A stretch of DNA of 64,000 nucleotides from Planctomycetales bacterium (lineage in GTDB: Bacteria; 4484-113). Below, piece after piece: positions 26,996-35,416 of this stretch. Every line of letters starts with the position of its first letter. The first letter of the stretch is position 1. The position numbers and the translations under genes are program-made. The DNA lies in contig JAUWGS010000005.1 of assembly GCA_030606285.1 (NCBI GenBank), positions 2,716 through 66,715 of the forward strand. The letters run 5' to 3'. Below the pieces are notes generated by a model. That model saw only the letters and a list, made by a program, of their open reading frames with translations. It did no database searches and was not told where the DNA came from.

Positions 26996-27026
26996 CATAG
27001 CGGTAGTTGAGCGGAATCTGTGGCGC

Positions 27027-28724
27027 TCAGGCCAGGCGACGCGTGAGGCGCGCCAGGAGGTTAGTGGCTGCGGCAAGCGCTGCAATGACCGCCGCGACCC
27101 CAACTAGTAGCTGCCACAACCCACCCGCGCTCAGCGACACAGCCTCGAAGCTGTCCAGCCAGCAACGCACCAGCGCAATATAGGAGTGGCTGCCAAGGCG
27201 CAGAGTCTCCGCCATCTGGAGCGGCGAGGCAATCTCAGGCTTGCCAATCACACCCACCAGCCGCTCAGGAGAGTCGCGCAGAAACAGGAAGAATGTAGTC
27301 GCGGCCGCCATCAGTGCCACAGCCATACCTTCCGCCAGCGGCGTGAACCATCCGAGGGCGCGCGTGAGGCGTCCGAAGACTATGATGGCTGTTCCAACCA
27401 CCAGCGCAACTGCGGCTACCAGGAGCAAGAGGACGACGCTTGCCACCAGGGCTGCGCTCCCGTAACCCAGTGTGCGCCCGACGACTGCAAGATAGAACAC
27501 TCCGCCAAGAACGATGCTGACGGCAAGCGCAGCACCGTTGCGATGAAACCTGCGTATGACTTCCGGAAGGAACTGACCAAGCCCTGAGAACCTGCCTGAC
27601 TGCACTGCATCAGCTCCCGCTGCAATCAGGATGTAGACAACCGCAAGTATCAATACCAGCAACAGCAGGCTGTATGGTGTGCCGGATCCGCCCTCGTCCC
27701 GGACTACAGTGGGCAATACTGAGGATGTTCGCAGCAATGGCTGCACGAGAGCGCCGATCGCCAGCACGCACGTGAACAGCGCGAACCAGGGCTTTGCCAC
27801 AGCGCGTGGTTTCCGGGGAGGCTCGCTTCGCCTTCTACGCAAAGCCGAGATGCCCTCATTAATCGCGGTAGCCACCCAGAGTGCTGCCGATGCTAATACG
27901 AGAGCACTTATAAGCCGCCATACCATCTCCAGCACGATGCGAATCCAAAGGATATGGATTATGCTGTAGGCGTATCTCCCACCACCCACCATCGTGACGA
28001 AGTTCCCGAAGTAATTCGTGAACCCGCCACGCACGACTACATCCCATGTCTGGTCCAGCACGAAAGGAGCGTTCGCTAATGTGTGCCACAATTGAAGAGT
28101 CACATCCTCGCTGAAAAGCCAGAATGCCAGAAGAACGGCCAGAATGAGACGGTAGAGTAAGAGTGAACGCAACAGCATCAACACGGCAGTGCCGATGGCG
28201 ACCGCCGCTATAAGGTAGGCCAGGAACACTAGATTGGCAACAAATGCGTGCAAGCTCCATAGCAGGTTGTAGGCCTCAGCGGTGTGGACATAGTCTCTGA
28301 CAATGATGCCCTCAGGCAAGAGGAGCACCAGCGGCATAAGTGCGACCGCCGCAAACGACGCGAGCAGGATAATGTTGCCGACCAGGGGCCACACAGCGCC
28401 CTGGAGGAAAGCGACCCGGAGCCGAGGGACCGATTGATGCAGAGCCCTTCTGAAATCACTCAGCATCGCGGGCACAAACCAGATCAACACTACGCCTGAC
28501 AGGGCGAATTGCAGCAGCGTTACCTGGTACTGCACGACCTCGTAGTATGGATGAGCCACGCGGAAGTACACGGCAAAAAGAGCAGTGCCAAAGAAGACTC
28601 CTGCGAAGTAGTTGAGCATTGCCGCACGCCGCGTTGCCCAGCCCGGCCAGACGCCAGAGGTCCGCCGCTCGGCGGCGCCCGCTTTCAGCATCATGGGCGT
28701 ACTACGGGAAGCTCTCATTTTCAC
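27027..28724 (-). CDS. polytopic integral membrane protein, unknown function; last gene of the sigma-factor operon
   Basis: Many hydrophobic helices; 4-nt overlap with the upstream gene. Confidence 0.6.
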   Translation of the reverse strand: MKMRASRSTPMMLKAGAAERRTSGVWPGWATRRAAMLNYFAGVFFGTALFAVYFRVAHPYYEVVQYQVTLLQFALSGVVLIWFVPAMLSDFRRALHQSVPRLRVAFLQGAVWPLVGNIILLASFAAVALMPLVLLLPEGIIVRDYVHTAEAYNLLWSLHAFVANLVFLAYLIAAVAIGTAVLMLLRSLLLYRLILAVLLAFWLFSEDVTLQLWHTLANAPFVLDQTWDVVVRGGFTNYFGNFVTMVGGGRYAYSIIHILWIRIVLEMVWRLISALVLASAALWVATAINEGISALRRRRSEPPRKPRAVAKPWFALFTCVLAIGALVQPLLRTSSVLPTVVRDEGGSGTPYSLLLLVLILAVVYILIAAGADAVQSGRFSGLGQFLPEVIRRFHRNGAALAVSIVLGGVFYLAVVGRTLGYGSAALVASVVLLLLVAAVALVVGTAIIVFGRLTRALGWFTPLAEGMAVALMAAATTFFLFLRDSPERLVGVIGKPEIASPLQMAETLRLGSHSYIALVRCWLDSFEAVSLSAGGLWQLLVGVAAVIAALAAATNLLARLTRRLA

Positions 28725-30985
28725 TCCAGGCGGTATACAAATAGCTCCGCGCGTGGCGCGCGATGCGCTTTATCGTTGAAGGCCAGCTCGCACTCATCCA
28801 GGCGAAGCCCAAGCAGAGTCGTACCATGGCCGTCCACAACCAGCGTCCGCATCACTTCGTACAGCAACACTTCCGAAAGGAATGTGTAGGCCAGTTCGGG
28901 CAGTTCCCCCTCGCCGGCGCCACGCGCGTCATCCCGGCGTTCGGCTGAATACATTTGATGCGCCCAGCCGGCGATAAGCGTGTCGTATCTGACCTGAAGG
29001 TAATCGACGGGTGAAACTCCAGAGGGCAGGACTATTGATCGGGGCTGTCCCGGTTGTATCTCTCCAAGATACATCGCACGAGGACCATCAACGAGAAACA
29101 TAAAGGAAAGCGTTTCACTCGCAATCAAGGAGAGCTTGCGGCCGCCTTCCGGCAACATCTCCCAGGCAAACGAGACTGGAGCAGCAACTGCCCGTGCCTC
29201 GCTATAACCGACTTCCAGGGGAAGCAAGGGCGCCACACGCAGGCCCTCTATTTCAGCGTCAGCCCCTTCACGAACAACGACGTTGACGTCGGAAGCATCC
29301 AGGGGAGCGATGCGGCCCAGAGCGAAGCCAGCCGAAGGGATGCCAAGATTGAGTCTGGACGCATGCGCCGAAGTGATGTAGGCAACGCTCCGCACCTCAG
29401 CCATGCTGGCATCAGGGGATACCAGCGAAGCCGATACGACAAGGGCGCGTGGTTGACCGGGCACGCCAATCCCGACTCCCAGGCTGAACAGAACTGTGGC
29501 AAGAAGCGAGAGTATCAGGAAGACCAACAAAAGCCAGAGATAGCTCCGCCTGTAGATAAACCAGAATGCGGAAAGCACCAGCAAGAGCAGGGTGTACAGC
29601 GCTGTTTCGAGGCCATACGGACCGGTAGTGCGCCTCAGGTTGGCACTGAGATATGAGTGCAATGGGGGATAACCCGCTCCGGCACGCTCAACAAGTTCGG
29701 TGTTAGCCTTCTCCCAGTCCCGCGAGTCCCAGTGGAGCCGTGCAACATCCAGCGGATGCAGCAATCCAGCACGGGTGATGTAGCTATGAGCCCAGATCGG
29801 GTTAATCGCACCCTCCGCTTGCGAGAGCGCAGACAGCTGCCCAATCCAGGAGTACCCCCTAGTACTGAGATTTCCCAGCGTACCCCGCACAATCAGGTCA
29901 CGATTTAAGGCTTCTCCAATATTCTCAGATGACCTTCCAAGCATCAGGCTGTAAGCGTAAAACAGGTCCGTGCGCAGCAGCGCTGCCATGTGTTCCCTCT
30001 GTGCAACCAGGTCGTCAGCGCTCACAGCCACATCGCCGAAGCCAAACGAACTCAACTGCAAACCACGCTGCGGAAGGCGGTCTGCACTTCCCACGGTGAC
30101 CTGCTCCGCGGCCCCGTACACCACAAGCCTTGATCCCATTGCCGCAGCGTCAGTGAGGAGAGTTCGCGCCCGCTCGTCCAGCTCACTCCACGTCTCAGCA
30201 GAAACAATAACGAACTCGAAGTGGCGCAGGACGCGGAAGTCCGGGCCGATGTCGCTGGGCGCAACGGACACCAGCGCATGCTCCTGGAGAAAGCCAGGAT
30301 ACTTCAGCCATGCGTTCGCCAGGTTCTCATTAGCAATAGCGAGCGAGTCGTCTTCGAGCAGCCCGCGACCCTCGGCTTCGACCAGGCACGAAAACACCTT
30401 TCCGCGAGGCAGAAACGAAAGCTCCACCGCTTCCTTGCCCATCGATTGACCGTTGCACAGCACTTCAACCTGGAGCACTGCAGAGTTCGCGTCTCGCGGC
30501 ACCTGATAGAGCTGAACCGGTATGTAGAAGTCGGAAGCAGTGCCGGAAGCAAATGCCATTTGAAGCCGGCAGCTCACATGCGGTACGGTCTCGCCGCTAT
30601 CCGGCCCTGAAATGTATCCCGCCAATTCGGCCGAAGGCTCAGCCAAGAAAGCCACAGAAGCGGGCAGACTTACCGGGCAGGAACGGTTGTGAACGGCGAT
30701 TTCCACCGTGGAATCCGCGTAATCACCACTCAAACGGATATGCAGCGGCGCTAAAGAGATATCGCTGTAGACCAGGTTCGCAGTGGAGTGCTGCTTATCG
30801 TCCTGAGCCACAATGCGTGCAGCATAGTCCGGCAGGGGGACAGCGTAGCCGGAATAACCGCCAACCACGATAAATGGTGTGGTGCTGGCCTCCGGCAAAG
30901 CGTCTGGACACGCCTGCATCGGCCACAGAAATAAGATGGGGACGGCTGCGAGGATGGTCGCCAGCCCGATGTTAGGCGCTTTCAC
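28721..30985 (-). CDS. large signal-peptide protein with central pair of TM helices (possible anti-sigma/sensor), unknown function
   Basis: N-terminal signal (ILAAVPILFLWPMQAC), mid-protein TM hairpin; overlaps the sigma gene by 4 nt. Confidence 0.6.
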   Translation of the reverse strand: MKAPNIGLATILAAVPILFLWPMQACPDALPEASTTPFIVVGGYSGYAVPLPDYAARIVAQDDKQHSTANLVYSDISLAPLHIRLSGDYADSTVEIAVHNRSCPVSLPASVAFLAEPSAELAGYISGPDSGETVPHVSCRLQMAFASGTASDFYIPVQLYQVPRDANSAVLQVEVLCNGQSMGKEAVELSFLPRGKVFSCLVEAEGRGLLEDDSLAIANENLANAWLKYPGFLQEHALVSVAPSDIGPDFRVLRHFEFVIVSAETWSELDERARTLLTDAAAMGSRLVVYGAAEQVTVGSADRLPQRGLQLSSFGFGDVAVSADDLVAQREHMAALLRTDLFYAYSLMLGRSSENIGEALNRDLIVRGTLGNLSTRGYSWIGQLSALSQAEGAINPIWAHSYITRAGLLHPLDVARLHWDSRDWEKANTELVERAGAGYPPLHSYLSANLRRTTGPYGLETALYTLLLLVLSAFWFIYRRSYLWLLLVFLILSLLATVLFSLGVGIGVPGQPRALVVSASLVSPDASMAEVRSVAYITSAHASRLNLGIPSAGFALGRIAPLDASDVNVVVREGADAEIEGLRVAPLLPLEVGYSEARAVAAPVSFAWEMLPEGGRKLSLIASETLSFMFLVDGPRAMYLGEIQPGQPRSIVLPSGVSPVDYLQVRYDTLIAGWAHQMYSAERRDDARGAGEGELPELAYTFLSEVLLYEVMRTLVVDGHGTTLLGLRLDECELAFNDKAHRAPRAELFVYRLE

Positions 30986-31593
30986 GGCTCAAAGGCCAGC
31001 CGCCACGCGGCTTTCGAGTTCACAATCTTACGTAGACGGTTCAGCGCTCGCTTGTGAAGTATGGACACGTTTGCCCGGGTACACGCCAGCGCACGCGAGA
31101 CCTCGTCCTGGCTATAGCCACGCTGGTACATAAGCCGCAGGATGCGCTCCTCAGCAGGTGTGAGCATGCTCAGAAGCTTCTCCGCGACCCGAAGGGAGTC
31201 AAGCACTTCCGGCACCGAGCGTCGCTCGTGAAAGCCTATAATCCGGGTATAAGCGCTGAATTCCGTGGCGCCATACAGGGGAATGAGAGGTCTGCGATAA
31301 CGCAGGTAATCAAGCATCCTGCCCTTTACCTTGAGATAGGCGAAGGTGATGAACTTCACGCCTCGCTCCGGGTCGAAGGCGTCAACAGCCTCGATGAGCG
31401 CAAGCGTTCCCTCCGAGATGACGTCCACGCGTTCCTGCGGCGGGGCTCCGGGAAGCTGGCGTAGGATGTGGTATACGAGTGGCTGGTATTGCTCAATGAG
31501 CGCGGCGCGGTTCTCGACCGTCAGGTTCATCCAGAGAGCGGTTTCGCTCCCGGCTCGCTCCTCGGAACGGACATCTTGTGGCTGCGCGCACAC
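30982..31593 (-). CDS. sigma-70 family RNA polymerase sigma factor (regions 2 and 4)
   Basis: YQPLVYHILRQL...DVISEGTLALIEAVDAFDPERGVKFITFA and LSMLTPAEERILRLMYQRGYSQDEVSRALACTRANVSILHKRALNRLR. Confidence 0.8.
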   Translation of the reverse strand: MCAQPQDVRSEERAGSETALWMNLTVENRAALIEQYQPLVYHILRQLPGAPPQERVDVISEGTLALIEAVDAFDPERGVKFITFAYLKVKGRMLDYLRYRRPLIPLYGATEFSAYTRIIGFHERRSVPEVLDSLRVAEKLLSMLTPAEERILRLMYQRGYSQDEVSRALACTRANVSILHKRALNRLRKIVNSKAAWRLAFEP

Positions 31594-31654
31594 CCAAAAT
31601 CATTATAGCAGACACAGCGGACATGCATGCCACGTTGCTAGTTGTTGGACGGAT

Positions 31655-31760
31655 TGGTTGTAGGGGCAATTCACGAATTGCCCATCCGGAAGAAGGTGCG
31701 GCACGAGACCGCACCCTACAGTAACCCTCCGGGTAGCGCCGGCTATCCAGCCGGCGGGAA
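31655..31760. repeat. REP hairpins gtaggggcaattcacgaattgccc and gggtagcgccggctatccagccggcg
   Basis: Identical to the units at 8181 and 21170. Confidence 0.7.
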
Positions 31761-31887
31761 CGAACGATGGGTAGTCCCCGCCGTCGGGCAATATGGGCTG
31801 ATTTTCGGTGGCGCGGGCGCTTGCCCGCCACCACGCGCCGCGCGTGGCCGGAGGGTCTCGCCCGTGATTCGACACAGTTCCGCGTAA

Positions 31888-31961
31888 TCAAATGCTATAA
31901 TCCTCGCAGCCTGCTGGGGGGCGGGCGGCAAAGCTCCCGAGGCAAAAAGGAGGAGTCCTCA
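31888..31961 (+). promoter_or_regulatory. extended -10 promoter TGCTATAAT (31893-31901) plus conserved leader GCAGCCTGCTGGGGGGCGGGCGGCAAAGCTCCCGAGGC, and SD aaaaaggaggag
   Basis: Aligns with 3266-3335 and the minus strand of 24543-24615. Confidence 0.55.
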
Positions 31962-34900
31962 ATGAGAATCCGTGACATCCTTCGGGTGATTGCACTCACA
32001 CTCTTCATCATCACGTTCGCGCTCGTGCTAATCACGTGCGGTGGGAAAGGCAAAAGCAAACCGCCGAGCCTGCCCGAAGTTGGCAACGCCCAACCAGTCG
32101 CAGAAGCGCCGGTAGAAGTTTCGCTGGACGAAGCCCTCGCGGAACTCGACGCGCTCGAAACTCCCGATGACGTCGACCCGGCGCTCTTTCAGCAACTCAA
32201 GGACGAACTGGCTAAGCAGCTCAGCGCCAAGGGTGTCAGCAAGATCGTCTCCACGCCGCCCACCGGCGAAGCTAATCGAGTGGACGATCTTGAACTCGAT
32301 GACAACCACGATGGAACGTACACACTCACTTGGTCCTACAAGAACGTCGGCGACTACGACCAGAACGGCACCGTCGGCATATCGGACATCACGCCGATTG
32401 CGATGCAATATGGGGAAACTGCAACCTACGAGAATGAATGGATAGACGGCGATGACAACGGCACCATCGGCATCAGCGACATTACGCCGCTAGCGATGAA
32501 TTTTTCCATTGAGTGCCCAGGATACGACGTTGAGGGAGCGGATAATCCTAGCGGTCCCTGGACTTATATGATGACGGTGCCACTTGACGACGCTCAAGGA
32601 GAGCGACGCCTTGTCTTTTACAAAACGCTTTCAGCGCTCGACTTCGAGTACTACCGAGTTACGCCTGTAGATTCAGATGGAGCCGAAGGCGTCGAGGGCG
32701 TCCCGGCGTCGTTGTCGGGGACCCGAGATAAGATGACGCTATGGACTGGTGGAACGCAGCTTCGAGGCGTGAACATTTGGCAAGGCAAAGTGATAACGAG
32801 AATATATGGAGACACACTGGGAACAGGAACTGTAGGTCCGCCTTTAACTCAAGCGGACTTCGACGCTATTGCTGCCATGGGCGCTAATTACGTCAACATC
32901 GCGCATCCCGGTCTTTATGACTGGGATCCTCCATACGCGCTCAACGAGGGGATACAGGCGAATCTGGACAGCCTCCTGAGTATGGCAGAGCAGGCGGACA
33001 TGTTCGCGGTAATCACTTTCCGCACCGGGCCGGGGCGCAGCGAGTTTACATTTAGCCGTGAAGAGGTTGGAGACTGGTTCACCCAGGACGACCTGGTGGA
33101 GACCGTCTGGGAAAATCAGGCCGAGCAGGATCTATGGGCGGATATGTGGCGCTACACTGCGGACCGCTATAAGGACAATCCTATCGTCGTAGGCTACGAC
33201 TTGATGAATGAGCCAAACGCGCCCGAAGTGCTGTTTGGCCTTTATGATGAGACTGAGCTGTACTATCCTGTCTACGCCGATGCCATCCATGACTGGAACA
33301 GGATGTACCCTCCGATGGTAGACGCTATCCGCGAAGTGGATACTGACACACCGATACTCGTTGCCTGCACCGGATGGAGCGCGGTTGTGTGGCTTCCGTT
33401 CCTCCAGCCGGTGGCCGATAACCAGATTGTCTATACGGTCCACCAATACGCGCCCGCCGACTACACTCACCAGACTGATCCGGCATTTCCCATAACCTAT
33501 CCTGGGACTTATGATCTATCGACTCTCCAGAGCATTATGACTACGATCGATCAGTTCAAAGCTGATCACAGCACATCAGTGGCATCGAACGAATGGGGCC
33601 CGATGCGCTTTGAACCCGGGGCGCACCTTTACGTCGCGGACCATGGTGACCTATTCGACCAGAGCGGAGTGAACAATGCGCTCTGGGAATACGCGCCTGA
33701 TTTCGTATCGAACAATCCTGAAATTACGTGGGACGGCTTCAACTTCAGACATGGTCCCGACCCAAACAATCACGCAAACGTAGCAACCAGCGATCTCATC
33801 GTGGCGCTTGAGAACTACTGGGGACGCAACACGATCCGACCCTCTAATTGGACCGGCCCACAGTCTCCGGTCGCTGACCTACAAGCCACTCCCACTTCGG
33901 GCGATGCCCCGTTGACCGTATACTTCGACGCTTCTGGAAGTGCGGACGATGTCGAGATTATTGGCGGAGTCTGGGACCTGGATGGCGATGGAAACTTCGC
34001 AGAAGCTGACAATGGCGAAGACACGTATACCGACAATGAGACAGCCGAGTACACGTATAACGACGCAGGCGAGTATTATCCTGCGGTGCGTGTTACGGAC
34101 GGCGATGGGCTAACCGATACCGCATCGGTAACGATTACGGTTGGCGGGCCAGCTTCCCGGCTCGAACGCTTCCAGACCATCAATCATTTTATGTACCAGA
34201 TCCAGGGGCTGTCGGAGCCGGGGGCGGTGGATAACCTGGAGGCGACTCACTATGATTTGCTGGTGCTGGAGCCAACGAACACCTTTGTAGGAGCGGAGGA
34301 CTTCGACGTGAGCGGAATGGTGGCAGCTCTCAAGGCGTCTCCAGATAGCCGCGGGGGTAATAAGCTCGTTATCGCCTACATAGACGTCGGCGAAGCCGAG
34401 AACTATCGCACCTACTGGCAGCCGGAGTGGATAGAGCCGACGGAAACCGAACGCGGCGACCCGGACTTTCTGGTAACTATGGACCCGGACGGCTGGAGCG
34501 GGAATTTCCCGGTGGCGTATTGGGACCAGAGGTGGATTGATATAATGATCGATAATCCGGATAGTGCACTCAACCAGGTTATCGACGCCGGGTTCGAGGG
34601 CATCTACATGGACTGGGTTGAGGCATACGACGATGAAAAGGTCATTGCCGCAGCCCAAGCCGAAGTGCCGCCGATTGATCCACCCTTGGCTATGGTGGAA
34701 TTCATCGGTCACCTGCGAGAAGTGGCGAAGGCCCGCGATCCGGAGTTCCTGGTAATCCAGCAGAATGCGCCCTTTCTGATTGAGGAGACTGCGCTGCCTT
34801 CGGACCTGGCGGCAGTCATTGATGGACTGGCGATGGAGGACACTTGGTTTTTAGGAGAGGCGGATGTGCCCTGGGGTGATTCCCGCGGCGGTGATACTCC

Positions 34901-35114
34901 CCAAAACTCGACCGGGGACTACTCCACTGAGTCTCTGCTGGCGGTGTATCCGCTTTATACTACCGAAGGGCTATCTGTGTGGACGGTTGACTACTGTCTT
35001 ATCCAGGCAAATGCCGACCAGGTATATGCGGACAGTTCTGCGCTAGGTTACATACCCCTGGTAACGCAAACAAGCCTGTGGACGATCACCGAAACCCCAC
35101 CCCCGTGGTACTAA
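31962..35114 (+). CDS. secreted lipoprotein (lipobox LITC): dockerin-like repeats + FN3-like + GH5 glycoside hydrolase + PKD + GH114-like TIM-barrel hydrolase; ORF-track start 31767 is a spurious upstream extension
   Basis: GH5 signature VGYDLMNEPNA; PKD (TVYFDASGS...YPAVRVTDGDGLTDTASVTITV); GH114-like motifs LVIAYIDVGEAENYRTYW, GFEGIYMDWVEAYD, FLVIQQNAPFL; N-terminal module paralogous to 21744-24542. Confidence 0.85.
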   Translation: MRIRDILRVIALTLFIITFALVLITCGGKGKSKPPSLPEVGNAQPVAEAPVEVSLDEALAELDALETPDDVDPALFQQLKDELAKQLSAKGVSKIVSTPPTGEANRVDDLELDDNHDGTYTLTWSYKNVGDYDQNGTVGISDITPIAMQYGETATYENEWIDGDDNGTIGISDITPLAMNFSIECPGYDVEGADNPSGPWTYMMTVPLDDAQGERRLVFYKTLSALDFEYYRVTPVDSDGAEGVEGVPASLSGTRDKMTLWTGGTQLRGVNIWQGKVITRIYGDTLGTGTVGPPLTQADFDAIAAMGANYVNIAHPGLYDWDPPYALNEGIQANLDSLLSMAEQADMFAVITFRTGPGRSEFTFSREEVGDWFTQDDLVETVWENQAEQDLWADMWRYTADRYKDNPIVVGYDLMNEPNAPEVLFGLYDETELYYPVYADAIHDWNRMYPPMVDAIREVDTDTPILVACTGWSAVVWLPFLQPVADNQIVYTVHQYAPADYTHQTDPAFPITYPGTYDLSTLQSIMTTIDQFKADHSTSVASNEWGPMRFEPGAHLYVADHGDLFDQSGVNNALWEYAPDFVSNNPEITWDGFNFRHGPDPNNHANVATSDLIVALENYWGRNTIRPSNWTGPQSPVADLQATPTSGDAPLTVYFDASGSADDVEIIGGVWDLDGDGNFAEADNGEDTYTDNETAEYTYNDAGEYYPAVRVTDGDGLTDTASVTITVGGPASRLERFQTINHFMYQIQGLSEPGAVDNLEATHYDLLVLEPTNTFVGAEDFDVSGMVAALKASPDSRGGNKLVIAYIDVGEAENYRTYWQPEWIEPTETERGDPDFLVTMDPDGWSGNFPVAYWDQRWIDIMIDNPDSALNQVIDAGFEGIYMDWVEAYDDEKVIAAAQAEVPPIDPPLAMVEFIGHLREVAKARDPEFLVIQQNAPFLIEETALPSDLAAVIDGLAMEDTWFLGEADVPWGDSRGGDTPQNSTGDYSTESLLAVYPLYTTEGLSVWTVDYCLIQANADQVYADSSALGYIPLVTQTSLWTITETPPPWY

Positions 35115-35151
35115 CTCAGTTCCAACACAGCTCTCGCTAGTAGGAAGTAAT

Positions 35152-35217
35152 GGTCTCCTCGCACTGAGCTACTACGACTATGCTACCGGCAACCTTAAGT
35201 TCGCTATGTATTGCTAA
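35152..35217 (+). pseudogene. decayed single NGNPAISY-type repeat remnant (…LVGSNGLLALSYYDYATGNLKFAMYC*) in a different frame from the GH5 gene, 37 nt past its stop
   Basis: Translation resembles the C-terminal repeat and YY terminus of the other two paralogs. Confidence 0.4.
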
Positions 35218-35416
35218 GAGGAAGTAGCGAGGGGGGGTGCTATAGGGCGGTCATTTATGGCGGCCGTCTTAAGACATCTGACGAAGAACGGCGGGGGATA
35301 AACCCCCGCCCTACAGAAGACATTATTTTCGAACCTCCACACGGGCTGACGCACATTCGCTGTGCTACAATTCGACGTTCGACGATGCATCCGTTCTGCG
35401 GACAGAGCACAAAATT

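Noticed and set aside
31767-31961. Upstream extension of the GH5 lipoprotein ORF
   Set aside because: It spans REP hairpins and the conserved promoter/leader. ATG 31962 has a strong SD and begins the signal peptide.
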